Assembly (NCBI GenBank): GCA_014860175.1
Contig: JACZKF010000283.1
Span: 1 to 41,690 of the forward strand
DNA from: Desulfuromonadales bacterium
GTDB lineage: Bacteria; Desulfobacterota; Desulfuromonadia; Desulfuromonadales; JACZKF01
Direction: 5' to 3'
DNA length: 41,690 nt
Part shown: positions 25,306-33,332 of the stretch, in pieces
How the letters are laid out: every line of letters begins with the position of its first letter
Position numbering within the stretch: position 1 is the first letter of the stretch
Translations under genes and position numbers: made by a program
Notes under the pieces: model-generated
The model's database searches: none
What the model was told of the DNA's origin: nothing
What the model saw: only the letters and a program-made list of their open reading frames with translations

Positions 25306-25941
25306 TCAGGAGGAGAGCTGTGAGCCGGGCCCGTTAGCGGAAGGACGCGGCCTTTGAAACCTGCGGTCGATCTTTTCCCTGGCGGTCAGAACCCCGAAGA
25401 ACTGGTTGGCGATCTCCGAAATCGAGAGCAGCCCGCCTTTTTTGTACCAGATGGTCGGCGAATTGCACATCCCCATGATCGCCTTGGCCGCCACATGGGT
25501 GTCGATGTTCTTGAACAGACAGTCATCTTCTTTTTTGATCTGGTCGACGATCTTGACCAGCATGTTCTCGTACTCACGCTGGTAGTTTTCGATGATCCGT
25601 CGGCTTTCGGTGCTGAGGTAGCGTGCCTCCCGGATATTCAGGGTGTAGACATCCCCAGACTTGGCGATGATCTGCAGATGGAAGCAGATGAACTGCCGCA
25701 GCTTTTCGACCCCTTTCAGACTCCGGTCGTTCACCACCGGGCTGAACTCGGCGATCGCCGAGGGTATGAAATTCCCCAAAATGGCGAGCAGAATCCCTTC
25801 CTTGCTCTTGAAATAGTGAATGACCGTGCTTTTCGAAACCTTGACCTTTTCGGCAATCATTTGCACCGAAGTTCCGCTATAACCGTTTTGCATCATAATC
25901 TCGGTTGCATCTTTTATCAGCTTTTCATAGGTGCTGATCAT
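25306..25941 (-). CDS. TetR/AcrR-family transcriptional regulator (TetR2)
   Basis: HTH region ATEIMMQNGYSGTSVQMIAEKVKVSKSTVIHYFKSKE. The start is moved to ATG 25941 (MISTYEKL) with an AGGGGA SD. Confidence 0.9.
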   Translation of the reverse strand: MISTYEKLIKDATEIMMQNGYSGTSVQMIAEKVKVSKSTVIHYFKSKEGILLAILGNFIPSAIAEFSPVVNDRSLKGVEKLRQFICFHLQIIAKSGDVYTLNIREARYLSTESRRIIENYQREYENMLVKIVDQIKKEDDCLFKNIDTHVAAKAIMGMCNSPTIWYKKGGLLSISEIANQFFGVLTAREKIDRRFQRPRPSANGPGSQLSS

Positions 25942-26061
25942 GTGGGGTCCCCTGGTGCTAGAAGGAGGAAGTCGTCCTACCCTGCCATGGCAGCGGGTCC
26001 CGGCAGCACACACTTAGTTGATGTGCAGGGATGTTGCAATCGGGTCGACCTCATTACTAGA

Positions 26062-26106
26062 TCGAACGGTTGGTATATTTATAACTATGTTTTAAATACT
26101 TGTCAA
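26062..26106 (-). promoter_or_regulatory. candidate tetR2 promoter with degenerate palindrome
   Basis: The minus strand reads TTGACA (26101-26106)-N17-TATAAA (26078-26083). It is followed by CCAACCGTTCGA (26062-26073), which resembles TCGACCGGTCGA. Confidence 0.45.
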
Positions 26107-26570
26107 CAAGAGAGTTGTGCGAGAGGCATTCTGTTTTGCGGCCCGTTTTGGAGCGGCCGCGCAGACGCCCCATCCTTGACATGAGGTAGTCGGGTAAGTT
26201 GTCCCATTGAATTTCGCCAGACACCTAGCAGCCAATCTCCTCGCACCTTAGCAGCCCTGCCCCTGCGAAAAAGGGCCACCCCATCCCATAGATGAAATCG
26301 CTCTTTCTTTTTGTCTGAAAAGTCCGGTACCGAGACCGCAGGAAAATTGAGCTGCCCACCGGTGATTTGTGGGACGGGGGTCGACTCCGGAGACGAAAGC
26401 TAACTTTCTGCGAAAGAATGGCATCGCCTGACAAAAGGCGCTCGGACCCTCTGAAGGCCCTCCTCCCGTTCCACCAGTTCCTGTCCCCCAGGGGCCGGGA
26501 CCAGGGCTTTGGTTTTCGGTGTTAGGGGCGAAACCCGGTTCCAACGATTCTGAAAAGATAGACGGGGGTT

Positions 26571-26990
26571 TCAAAACAACTCCCCACCCGTGGTGGTCAT
26601 GACCAGCTTCCCGTGTCTGACCCCTTTGACGCCGATCAGCTCGTCGGCGATCTGCTTGATCACCCGCGACGGCCCGCGCACCACCAGGACTTCCAGGCAG
26701 TTGTGCGCGTCCAAATGGACATGAAGGGCGGAGATGATCCGATCGTGATAGGTGTGCTGATGTTCGGTCAGTCGGTCGGAGAGGTCGCGGATGTGATGAT
26801 TGTAGACCAGAGTGATGGTGCCGACCGTATCTTCTTCGCCGGCTTCCCACTTCGACTCGACGAGTGACGAGCGGATCAGATCACGGATTGCCTCGGACCT
26901 GTTCATGTACCCCTTCTGTTCGATCAGCCGATCGAAACACACCAGCAATTTCTCATCGAGCGAAATGCCGAATCTGACGGTCTGGCCCAT
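26571..26990 (-). CDS. nikR: nickel-responsive transcriptional regulator NikR
   Basis: 139 aa. It has an N-terminal ribbon-helix-helix ([13 protein letters not shown]) and a C-terminal metal-binding domain with His/Cys ligands ([23 protein letters not shown]). AAGGAG SD is present. Confidence 0.88.
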   Translation of the reverse strand: MGQTVRFGISLDEKLLVCFDRLIEQKGYMNRSEAIRDLIRSSLVESKWEAGEEDTVGTITLVYNHHIRDLSDRLTEHQHTYHDRIISALHVHLDAHNCLEVLVVRGPSRVIKQIADELIGVKGVRHGKLVMTTTGGELF

Positions 26991-27078
26991 TGTCGGCTAC
27001 TCCTTGCCCGGGTTAATATCAGACCAGAGATGATAAGCTATTTTGCCGCCGGATCAACCTGTTTTCCGTCGCGGCCGG

Positions 27079-27912
27079 CTACTCCTCACGGGTCTCCGGT
27101 TCGTGACGGTGAAAGAGGAAGTGGCCATGACGGTGGCGGTGCAGGCTTTCTCCATGGCGATGCAGGTGCTCATGGATGAGGTTGGTTCTGAGCAGCAGCT
27201 CCTCGTCGGCCAGGATGTCCGCGGCCAAGCCGATCTTTTCCACCCGGTGCTCTTCGGACAGGAGCGCAACGGTCATTTCCAGATCGGCCACCAGCGTGAG
27301 ATCATGGGTGGCGACGACAATTGTCTTGCCGGCCGCGTTCAGGGAGTGGAGAAGGTCGATGAAAAACGCCGCCGACCGGGGGTCGAGACCGTTGGTCGGC
27401 TCATCGAGGAGCAGCACCTCGGGGTTCATGGTGAGGATCGAGCCGATGGCCACCCGTTTCTTCTCCCCGCCCGAGAGCATATAGGTCGGGCGGTCGGTGT
27501 GGTGCTCCAGGCCGATGATTTGCAGCACCTCGTGCGCCCGGTCCAGGGCCTCCGCTTCGGAGATGGCGAGTTGCAGAGGTCCGTACATCAGCTCGTCGAG
27601 GACGGTCGGACAGAAGAGCTGCACGTCCGAATCCTGGAACACATACCCCACCCGCTCCCGGAAATAGCGCAGGAAGCCAGCATCGCGCAGGGTCCGCTCG
27701 CTCACCTCCCGGCCGTGAAAGCGGATCGTTCCGGAGCGGGGGAAGATGAGCCCGTCAAGGAGCTGGAGCAGGGTCGATTTGCCGCTGCCGTTGGCGCCGA
27801 TGATGGCGAAGCGCTCGCCCGCCCCGATGGCGAGGTCGGCCCCGGCGAGGGCCGGGATTTTGCCGAAATAGTCATAGTGGACCTGCTCCACCGAAAAAAG
27901 AGGGACCATCAT
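27079..27912 (-). CDS. ECF-type Ni/Co transporter ATPase (NikO/CbiO) with His-rich C-terminal tail
   Basis: Walker A GANGSGKST, signature LSGGEKKR, Walker B LLLDEPT. The tail reads HEHLHRHGESLHRHRHGHFLFHRHE. Confidence 0.9.
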   Translation of the reverse strand: MMVPLFSVEQVHYDYFGKIPALAGADLAIGAGERFAIIGANGSGKSTLLQLLDGLIFPRSGTIRFHGREVSERTLRDAGFLRYFRERVGYVFQDSDVQLFCPTVLDELMYGPLQLAISEAEALDRAHEVLQIIGLEHHTDRPTYMLSGGEKKRVAIGSILTMNPEVLLLDEPTNGLDPRSAAFFIDLLHSLNAAGKTIVVATHDLTLVADLEMTVALLSEEHRVEKIGLAADILADEELLLRTNLIHEHLHRHGESLHRHRHGHFLFHRHEPETREE

Positions 27913-27916
27913 CTCC

Positions 27917-28837
27917 TCACCAGTAGAAAAAAAGAAGCCACACGGTTGCCGCTGTCAGGACGGCGCCCCAGTCTGCCGACTTCAGCTTCCGGAAGGTGTA
28001 CCCGGGCACCTGGTGCTCGAAACCCCGGGAGCGCATCGCCTTGAAAATTTCATCGCAGCGCCCTTGCGTCTTGTGGAAGAAAAATGCCATCCGTTCGGCG
28101 GCCCAGCCTCTCGTCCTAGCCGCATCGAGGGAGCCCAGGAGCCGACTTTTTTTGGCCAGGTGCATCTCCTCCAGGGTGCGGGCAAAGATGAATACATACT
28201 TGTAGGCGAGAGCGATGACGGCGATGAAGCTCTCCGGGACGCGCAGGACGCGCAGAGCCTTGAGCAACTCGGGGAACCCGGTCGTATGCAACACGAGCAG
28301 GGAAAAGGAGACGGAGTTGGCGATCCGCAGCGTCAGCAGGGCCAGGCCATGGAGCCCTTCCCGGGTGATGCCGATCGTCTGCGGGATATGATAGAGCCAG
28401 AGGTGGTAATCCCGCCGCAAGTGCAGCAGCGGCAGGATAGGTTCACCTCCGGTGAAGAGGTTCAGGACGGACGGCAGCGGCACCAGGACACCGAACAGGA
28501 ACGCTGCCCCGAGAATGCGGCGGTAAAGGGGAGCGAGATCGACCCGCGAGCCGAGGAACAGCAGCAGAATCAGGAGGGCGATCCCCAGTTGGGGTGCGAG
28601 CATCCTTTTAAGGCTGACCAGCACCAGGAAGGAGGCCAGGAGCAGGAGCTTGACCCGCGGGTCCACCCGCTGGAGCAGGCCGTCGCGGCGGGAGGACTCC
28701 CATTGCAGGTAGCTCTCCCTGGTGATCCGGGCGAGGTGGTGGATTCCCCTCTCTAGAAACGGGGTGCGGACGGCCAGGCCGGAAAGGGGCGGCGGCGGGC
28801 GATGCGCGTTCTGGTTAAGAAAGGGGGGGAGGTCCAT
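27917..28837 (-). CDS. ECF transporter T component (NikQ/CbiQ)
   Basis: Polytopic membrane protein with the VDPRVKLLLL... start of the CbiQ fold, immediately upstream of and coupled to the ATPase. The N-terminal ~55 aa extension is uncertain. Confidence 0.8.
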   Translation of the reverse strand: MDLPPFLNQNAHRPPPPLSGLAVRTPFLERGIHHLARITRESYLQWESSRRDGLLQRVDPRVKLLLLASFLVLVSLKRMLAPQLGIALLILLLFLGSRVDLAPLYRRILGAAFLFGVLVPLPSVLNLFTGGEPILPLLHLRRDYHLWLYHIPQTIGITREGLHGLALLTLRIANSVSFSLLVLHTTGFPELLKALRVLRVPESFIAVIALAYKYVFIFARTLEEMHLAKKSRLLGSLDAARTRGWAAERMAFFFHKTQGRCDEIFKAMRSRGFEHQVPGYTFRKLKSADWGAVLTAATVWLLFFYW

Positions 28838-28926
28838 GGAGTTCCGTCGTTTCGGGCGACCACCATGTGACCTCCGGGGGATGAAGCCCCGGAAGCCGGA
28901 AGCCTTCCGTCGGTGTAAGCGCCGAA

Positions 28927-29888
28927 TCAGAAACAGAAGGAGACGGTCGTGATCAGCCGGTACTTCTCCAGCCCCTCGGCTCCCTGCTGATCGCTCTCCT
29001 CGTTCAGGCTTTTCCAGACCGGCAGTTTGACCAGCATCCTGAGGTTGGCGTTGCCGGGGAGAGCGAACCGCAGGCCGGGGGAGACGTAGAGGATGTCTCC
29101 GCCGGTGCCGTCCAAACCTTCACCGTCTTCGCGGTCCCGGCCGAGATGCAGGTAGTTCAGCTCCAGGATGCAGGCGACCTTGGAGATGGCGCTGCTGGTA
29201 TTGCCGTAGAGTTTGTAAACCCCTGCCAGATTCCCACGCAGTTCGGAGCCGAACTGAAAATTGTCCCGCTCGGTGAAGAAGTCGGCGCTGACCTCGGCGT
29301 TGATCGTGAGAGGACCGAACGCCCGGGCGGCGGTGAGTCCCAGCGTATAGGCCGGAGCGCCGAAGCCGGGCTGCATGCCCGGGTCCACCGACCCGTCATC
29401 CAGTCTCTGTCGGTGGTCGCCACTCGGAATGCTCAGCATCGCCGATGCCGCCAGGTACGTCCGCTCCTTTCCTTCCAGGGTAATGGCGGTGTCCTCCGCC
29501 GTGTTGCGGGAAAAGCCGGTGCCCGGATCTAAATGGAAACCGTAAGTGAGCTGGAGCTTTACATCGGACAGCCCCTCGTTCGAGCCGATCCCTTCGGTCC
29601 GCTTGATGTAGTAGGGGACAACCAGCGTCCCGGTCAGAGCCGGGTGAAGCCGTAGCTCAGGTTGGCATTGAAAAAGGTAAAAGAGGACTTGTCTCCAGGA
29701 TCGTGGACCTTTTGCCACTCCACATGCTCGGCCCGCAGCCCCGTCACGAGTCCGACCTCGGGCAGGGTCATGGGGGAATTGGTATCGAGGGGTGTTCCCG
29801 GCCCGAAAGCCAGGGTGACGCCACCGTGGTGGGCCAAGGCGCTCACCGGGGCAAGAAGGAGAACCAGCGCGACAATAGCATTCTTCAT
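28927..29888 (-). pseudogene. outer-membrane beta-barrel protein (MetA-pathway/phenol-degradation-like transporter family), interrupted by a frameshift near 29634-29650
   Basis: The N-terminal ORF (signal peptide MKNAIVALVLLLAPVSALA ... NANLSYGFTRL*) and the C-terminal ORF (...ALTGTLVVPYYIKR ... TTVSFCF with terminal Phe) are collinear but lie in different frames. Confidence 0.6.
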
Positions 29889-29925
29889 GTACAACCTGAT
29901 TGAAAAAAAGACGAAGACGCTCTTC

Positions 29926-30402
29926 CTACGGCTTCTCCGGCTTGCGTGCGTCATTGCGGCGGGTCACCCATAGGGCGTAGGCGCCGAAAAGACCGAAGAT
30001 AAGACTGATGCCGGTGACGAATTTCGTGTAGGTCGCTACCAGCGGCTTCTTGAAGCCCTCCAGCCCCAAGGTCTGATCGATGGTGATCTCGGTGGTGACG
30101 CCATGGAAGCCGTGGGACGACTCCCCCCAGACCTGGAGCCTCCAGACACCGGGGCGATCGGGGACGAAGCCGAGATAGCCGTTCTTGTCGGTCCGGCCGA
30201 CTTGGTGCGGCTCCTGATCGCCGGGGCCGAACAGCTCGTACTGGGAGTAGGCGGCGGGATCGGTCTCCGAGTAGAAGGCTCGCACCGCCATCCCCTTCTG
30301 CTCCACCTGGTAGTTGGTGGAATGGGCATGCGCCCCCAGCGGCGCCCCTGCCAGAAACGCCAGCAGCAGCCTGAAACCTAGGCGTCCGGCAAGCCGAGTC
30401 AT
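29926..30402 (-). CDS. periplasmic Ig/transthyretin-like protein with signal peptide and C-terminal TM anchor (NikL-like accessory candidate)
   Basis: MTRLAGRLGFRLLLAFLAGAPLGAHA signal, GRTDKNGYLGFVPDRPGVWRLQVW beta-sandwich-like core, and C-terminal helix ISLIFGLFGAYALWV. Its ATG overlaps the upstream stop (ATGA). Confidence 0.5.
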   Translation of the reverse strand: MTRLAGRLGFRLLLAFLAGAPLGAHAHSTNYQVEQKGMAVRAFYSETDPAAYSQYELFGPGDQEPHQVGRTDKNGYLGFVPDRPGVWRLQVWGESSHGFHGVTTEITIDQTLGLEGFKKPLVATYTKFVTGISLIFGLFGAYALWVTRRNDARKPEKP

Positions 30403-31772
30403 TGGGGCACCTCGAAGGTCAGCGTTGCGGTCACGACGACGAAATTCGCGTCCGGATCACCCGTGAGCGGCTCCCGGCGCTCCACGGTGATAAGCTGGCG
30501 ACAAGGCGTAGGGGCCACCTTGACGGTTCCCTCGCGGTCGGTCATCCCGATTTGGTCGTGGTCCAGCTCGACTTTGGCATCTGCCAAGGGTGCCCCGTCG
30601 AAAAGGACCCTGACCGGGAGGGATTCACCCGCCTTGAGATCGAGCGGGTTCATCAGCGGGACGATGTCGAGCTTCATCCCTTCCAGCGGCTTGCCGGCGG
30701 CGGCCCCCCACGCCACGATTGACTTGGAGTGATGGTAGGCGCGAAAGGCTTCCACGACCCGGGAGGCCTTCCGCTTGGGGAGGTTCTTCATGCCGTAGAT
30801 GGTTTTGGACCAGTAGCCGCTGTCCAAGTCGGCTAGGATGAGCGCGGCGGCGCCCGCCGGCCGGATGATGATGGCCTTGCCCTGCACCTCCCTGCTGAAG
30901 TCGAGCGATTCCCCCGCGGCGTTCAGCACGGTGATTTTTTTGATCGCGGCCGGGTCGTACTCCAGCCGTTGCTCGCGATGGCCGTAGACGACCGCATAGT
31001 CGGCCCCCCTTTTTTCGATCCAGTAATCGTGCGCCGATACGGCCGTCGGACCCAGGACGGCCGCGACGACCAGGACCCACGGAACCATCTTCGTGCCGTA
31101 CTTCATTGGGGCTCCTTTCTGCCTAAGAAGAAAGAGCACCAGGGCGGTCACCGTCCCTTCGAGCGCCCCGACCACCGTGAGGTGGGGAAACATGGTGGCC
31201 GGGATGGCGACTTCGAGCGGAAACGGGAAATAGCCCGAACCGCCCTCCGTGCCGTAGATCGCTGCCTGCAGGCCGAGCATGCAGGCGGTGGAGAGGGCGC
31301 CGACGTTGATGGCCAGGTACGCGGCAACGGCACCGGCGGCGGCGCAGAGGGTCGCCGACGGCTCCCCGCCCCGACGCGCGATGGCGACGATCAGCCGGTA
31401 GCTGCACGCGCCCACGAGCGCCCCGATCACCGCGATGTTGCAGCAGTTCGCCCCGATGGCGGTGATGCCGCCGACCCCCAGAACCGTCGCCTGGATGACA
31501 AGGGCGACAGAAACGGCCACGATCGCCGGCCATGGGCCGAGCAGGATGGCAACCAGGGCGGTACCGGAGATGTGTCCGGTGGTTCCGCCGGGGACAGGAA
31601 GGACGAACATCATCGCCACCAGGCTGAATACCGCTCCCATGGCTAGGTGAGGCACCTGCGCCGTCCCCAATTTTTGCTTCACCTTTCTGGAAGCGACGCC
31701 CCAGATCGGCACCATGACGGCCCAAAGAGAGCCGTATGTCGCCGGTCCCAAATACCCTTCAGGTATGTGCAT
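30399..31772 (-). CDS. NikM/CbiM substrate-capture component continuous in frame with a DUF4198/NikK-like periplasmic domain
   Basis: The N-terminus MHIPEGYLGP is the CbiM/NikM hallmark (222 aa). The frame then continues without a stop into MKYGTKMVPWVLVVAAVLGPTAVSAHDYWIEKRG.... The internal ATG at 31106 has its own AAGGAG SD. AGGAGA SD lies upstream of ATG 31772. Confidence 0.8.
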   Translation of the reverse strand: MHIPEGYLGPATYGSLWAVMVPIWGVASRKVKQKLGTAQVPHLAMGAVFSLVAMMFVLPVPGGTTGHISGTALVAILLGPWPAIVAVSVALVIQATVLGVGGITAIGANCCNIAVIGALVGACSYRLIVAIARRGGEPSATLCAAAGAVAAYLAINVGALSTACMLGLQAAIYGTEGGSGYFPFPLEVAIPATMFPHLTVVGALEGTVTALVLFLLRQKGAPMKYGTKMVPWVLVVAAVLGPTAVSAHDYWIEKRGADYAVVYGHREQRLEYDPAAIKKITVLNAAGESLDFSREVQGKAIIIRPAGAAALILADLDSGYWSKTIYGMKNLPKRKASRVVEAFRAYHHSKSIVAWGAAAGKPLEGMKLDIVPLMNPLDLKAGESLPVRVLFDGAPLADAKVELDHDQIGMTDREGTVKVAPTPCRQLITVERREPLTGDPDANFVVVTATLTFEVPQ

Positions 31773-31813
31773 GGGTGTTCTCCTGGAAAAGGAACGATCA
31801 GGGATAGGCCCGA

Positions 31814-31872
31814 GTGTAGTACGAACAAGAGGAACATAACACAAAGTTACACGAAATTTTAAATTATAACAC
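31814..31872 (-). promoter_or_regulatory. candidate nik promoter (extended -10 TGTTATAAT) with repeated GTGTTAT/GTGTAAC boxes (possible NikR operator)
   Basis: The minus strand reads GTGTTATAAT...GTGTAAC..GTGTTAT-N15-ACTACAC. Boxes lie at 31866-31872, 31846-31852, 31836-31842 and 31814-31820. Confidence 0.35.
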
Positions 31873-32063
31873 CGAAAACTCGCCCCTTGGCTTCGGGATG
31901 GATCTGTCTCCCCACGTGGAGAGCGGCACCGCTCTCGTCCGGCACGTCAATCCTGCGGAACTGTCGGTAGAAGTCGGTTCCCGTCCTATTTCTTGTTTAC
32001 GATGTTGTTCGAACCGGCGTCATCCCCGAATTTTCAAGTGTCCTGTTTCTCCTGCCTCAAGAG

Positions 32064-32103
32064 AAAAGGGGTCATTCAATCCGAGGATTAAATGACCCCT
32101 TTT
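32064..32103. terminator. bidirectional Rho-independent terminator
   Basis: AAAAGGGGTCATT-N14-AATGACCCCTTTT, a perfect 13-bp inverted repeat whose arms end in A/T runs. It lies downstream of the minus-strand antitoxin gene. Confidence 0.75.
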
Positions 32104-32136
32104 CATTCCACGGGGGATCGGGCAACGGAACCCCAA

Positions 32137-32433
32137 TTAAGACCGCGAAGGGTCCTCGATAAGGATGCGCAGCCGTTTTCCCAATGCAGTGGCTGCCTGC
32201 TCCAGGGTGTTAAGGGTGACGGCGGTGTTCTGGGGGTCTAGCAGTCGGTTGACTGCCGCCCGGGAGGTATGCATTTTAACCGCCATTTCGGTTTTTGTCA
32301 GGCGCTGGTTTTCCATCTCCTGTTGGATCTGGTAGGCCAAAACTCGCTTGGCCCCAGTCGCCTCGACGTCAGCAAGAATGCCTTCCTCGACGAGGAAGCT
32401 ACCAAAATCGCTGCCAATATTTTTAGTTCCCAT
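32137..32433 (-). CDS. XRE-family HTH antitoxin (HigA-like)
   Basis: LTKTEMAVKMHTSRAAVNRLL HTH. The start is taken at ATG 32433 (MGTKNIGSDF). It overlaps the stop of the upstream toxin-like ORF by 11 nt. Confidence 0.7.
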   Translation of the reverse strand: MGTKNIGSDFGSFLVEEGILADVEATGAKRVLAYQIQQEMENQRLTKTEMAVKMHTSRAAVNRLLDPQNTAVTLNTLEQAATALGKRLRILIEDPSRS

Positions 32434-32704
32434 CGATTTCAGCCTTTCTCTTTTTCGCAAGTCTCATGTCGTCATCAGGAATTTCCTGAGTTTTCATTAT
32501 GAAGCCATGTAGGAGGATGATCTGCGGACCATGTGTGCAAAAAATCACGCGAGCAACGCGGTTTGCGAGCTTTGAGCGCACCTCTGTCAATCGGCATTGA
32601 AAATTGACCCACCATCGGCGCCCAATTTTGACCCGCCTCAGAGGGTCAGTGTTGGTCGGAACTCCTGGTTTTGATCCTCCAGCTTTCGTTCCCGGTTTCG
32701 ACAA
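32423..32704 (-). pseudogene. RelE/ParE-superfamily (HigB / Gp49-like) toxin, apparently 5'-truncated
   Basis: The C-terminal LTEVRSKLANRVARVIFCTHGPQIILLHGFIMKTQEIPDDDMRLAKKRK matches the Gp49-like toxin core. The N-terminal ~40 aa are unrelated, Pro/Gly-rich sequence abutting the IS fragment. Confidence 0.5.
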
Positions 32705-33332
32705 TTTCGCAGTGGTGAGTGACTCGGTCGAGCAGCGCCGTGAGTGGGAACGGCGGCGAGAATGCCGACGAACTGCCGATCTCCATCGCAGCGGTCGCTG
32801 AGCAGGGTGCGCGTTTGCTGGAGGGGGACGGGCAGATCCCAGGACACAAAGGGGGCGCCATTGCGTAGCGCCCCGGGCTTGTACTTGAGCACATCCAGAT
32901 AGTGCCAGGGATCGAAGACCGTCTTGTCCCGGCCGAACTGACGTCGATGCGTGCCGACCACCTCTGCGTTATGGATGAAGCTCAGCCGGTCGGCGTAGGC
33001 CCGCACCATCACTGTCTTGCCGGCACAGGTGGCCTGCACGCTTTAGCGGTTGCGATCGAAACAGACCAGCGCGGTGGGCGAGACGCGGACGGCGCTTTCC
33101 TGATACCCGTCGACGGGACCCGGACGGCCACCAGAGAGGGCTTCTCCCTGGCCGCAACCTCAGCGACCGTCTGCTCCGGGAACTCGGGATGCTTCTGGCT
33201 TGCCGCCAATTGCCGGCATTCGTCCCGCAGCCACCGGTTCAACTCGTCCAGATCGGCGAACTTGCGGCGTTTGGCAAACACTTTTGTCGGCGGTTGCACC
33301 ACCGGGCTGTTGCTGACCGACTCATTCAGCAA
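32638..33332 (-). mobile_element. IS21-family transposase (istA) remnant, two frameshifted fragments; no DDE N-terminus, no istB
   Basis: FADLDELNRWL... (33009-33332) and [53 protein letters not shown] (32638-33039) are collinear with the C-terminal half of IstA but lie in different frames. Confidence 0.7.

Noticed and set aside
26310-26335. GAAAAGTCCGG, reminiscent of the RNase P RNA GGAAAGUCCGGGC core.
   Set aside because: Only a partial match. The other universally conserved RNase P blocks (for example ACAGAA..GGCUUA) are absent on either strand nearby.
26361-26400. tmRNA/tRNA-like 3' segment GGTGATTTGTGGGACGGGGGTCGACTCC, considered as ssrA or an att-site remnant.
   Set aside because: The T-arm cannot close, because no CCCCC complement follows the loop. 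There is no acceptor/CCA-proximal sequence, no matching 5' GGGG acceptor strand about 350 nt upstream, and no tag-peptide reading frame. The resemblance is too short to call.
26248-26850. 200-aa minus-strand ORF spanning the non-coding gap and overlapping nikR.
   Set aside because: It overlaps the well-supported nikR frame. It is Gly/Pro/Arg low-complexity sequence with no SD and no recognisable domain.
29634-29650. Possibility that the OMP frame change is programmed ribosomal frameshifting.
   Set aside because: A -1 shift would be required, and there is no X-XXY-YYZ slippery heptamer or downstream pseudoknot-like structure. The CTC-TGA-C context only superficially recalls the prfB +1 site and is in the wrong direction. 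A mutation or sequencing error is more parsimonious.
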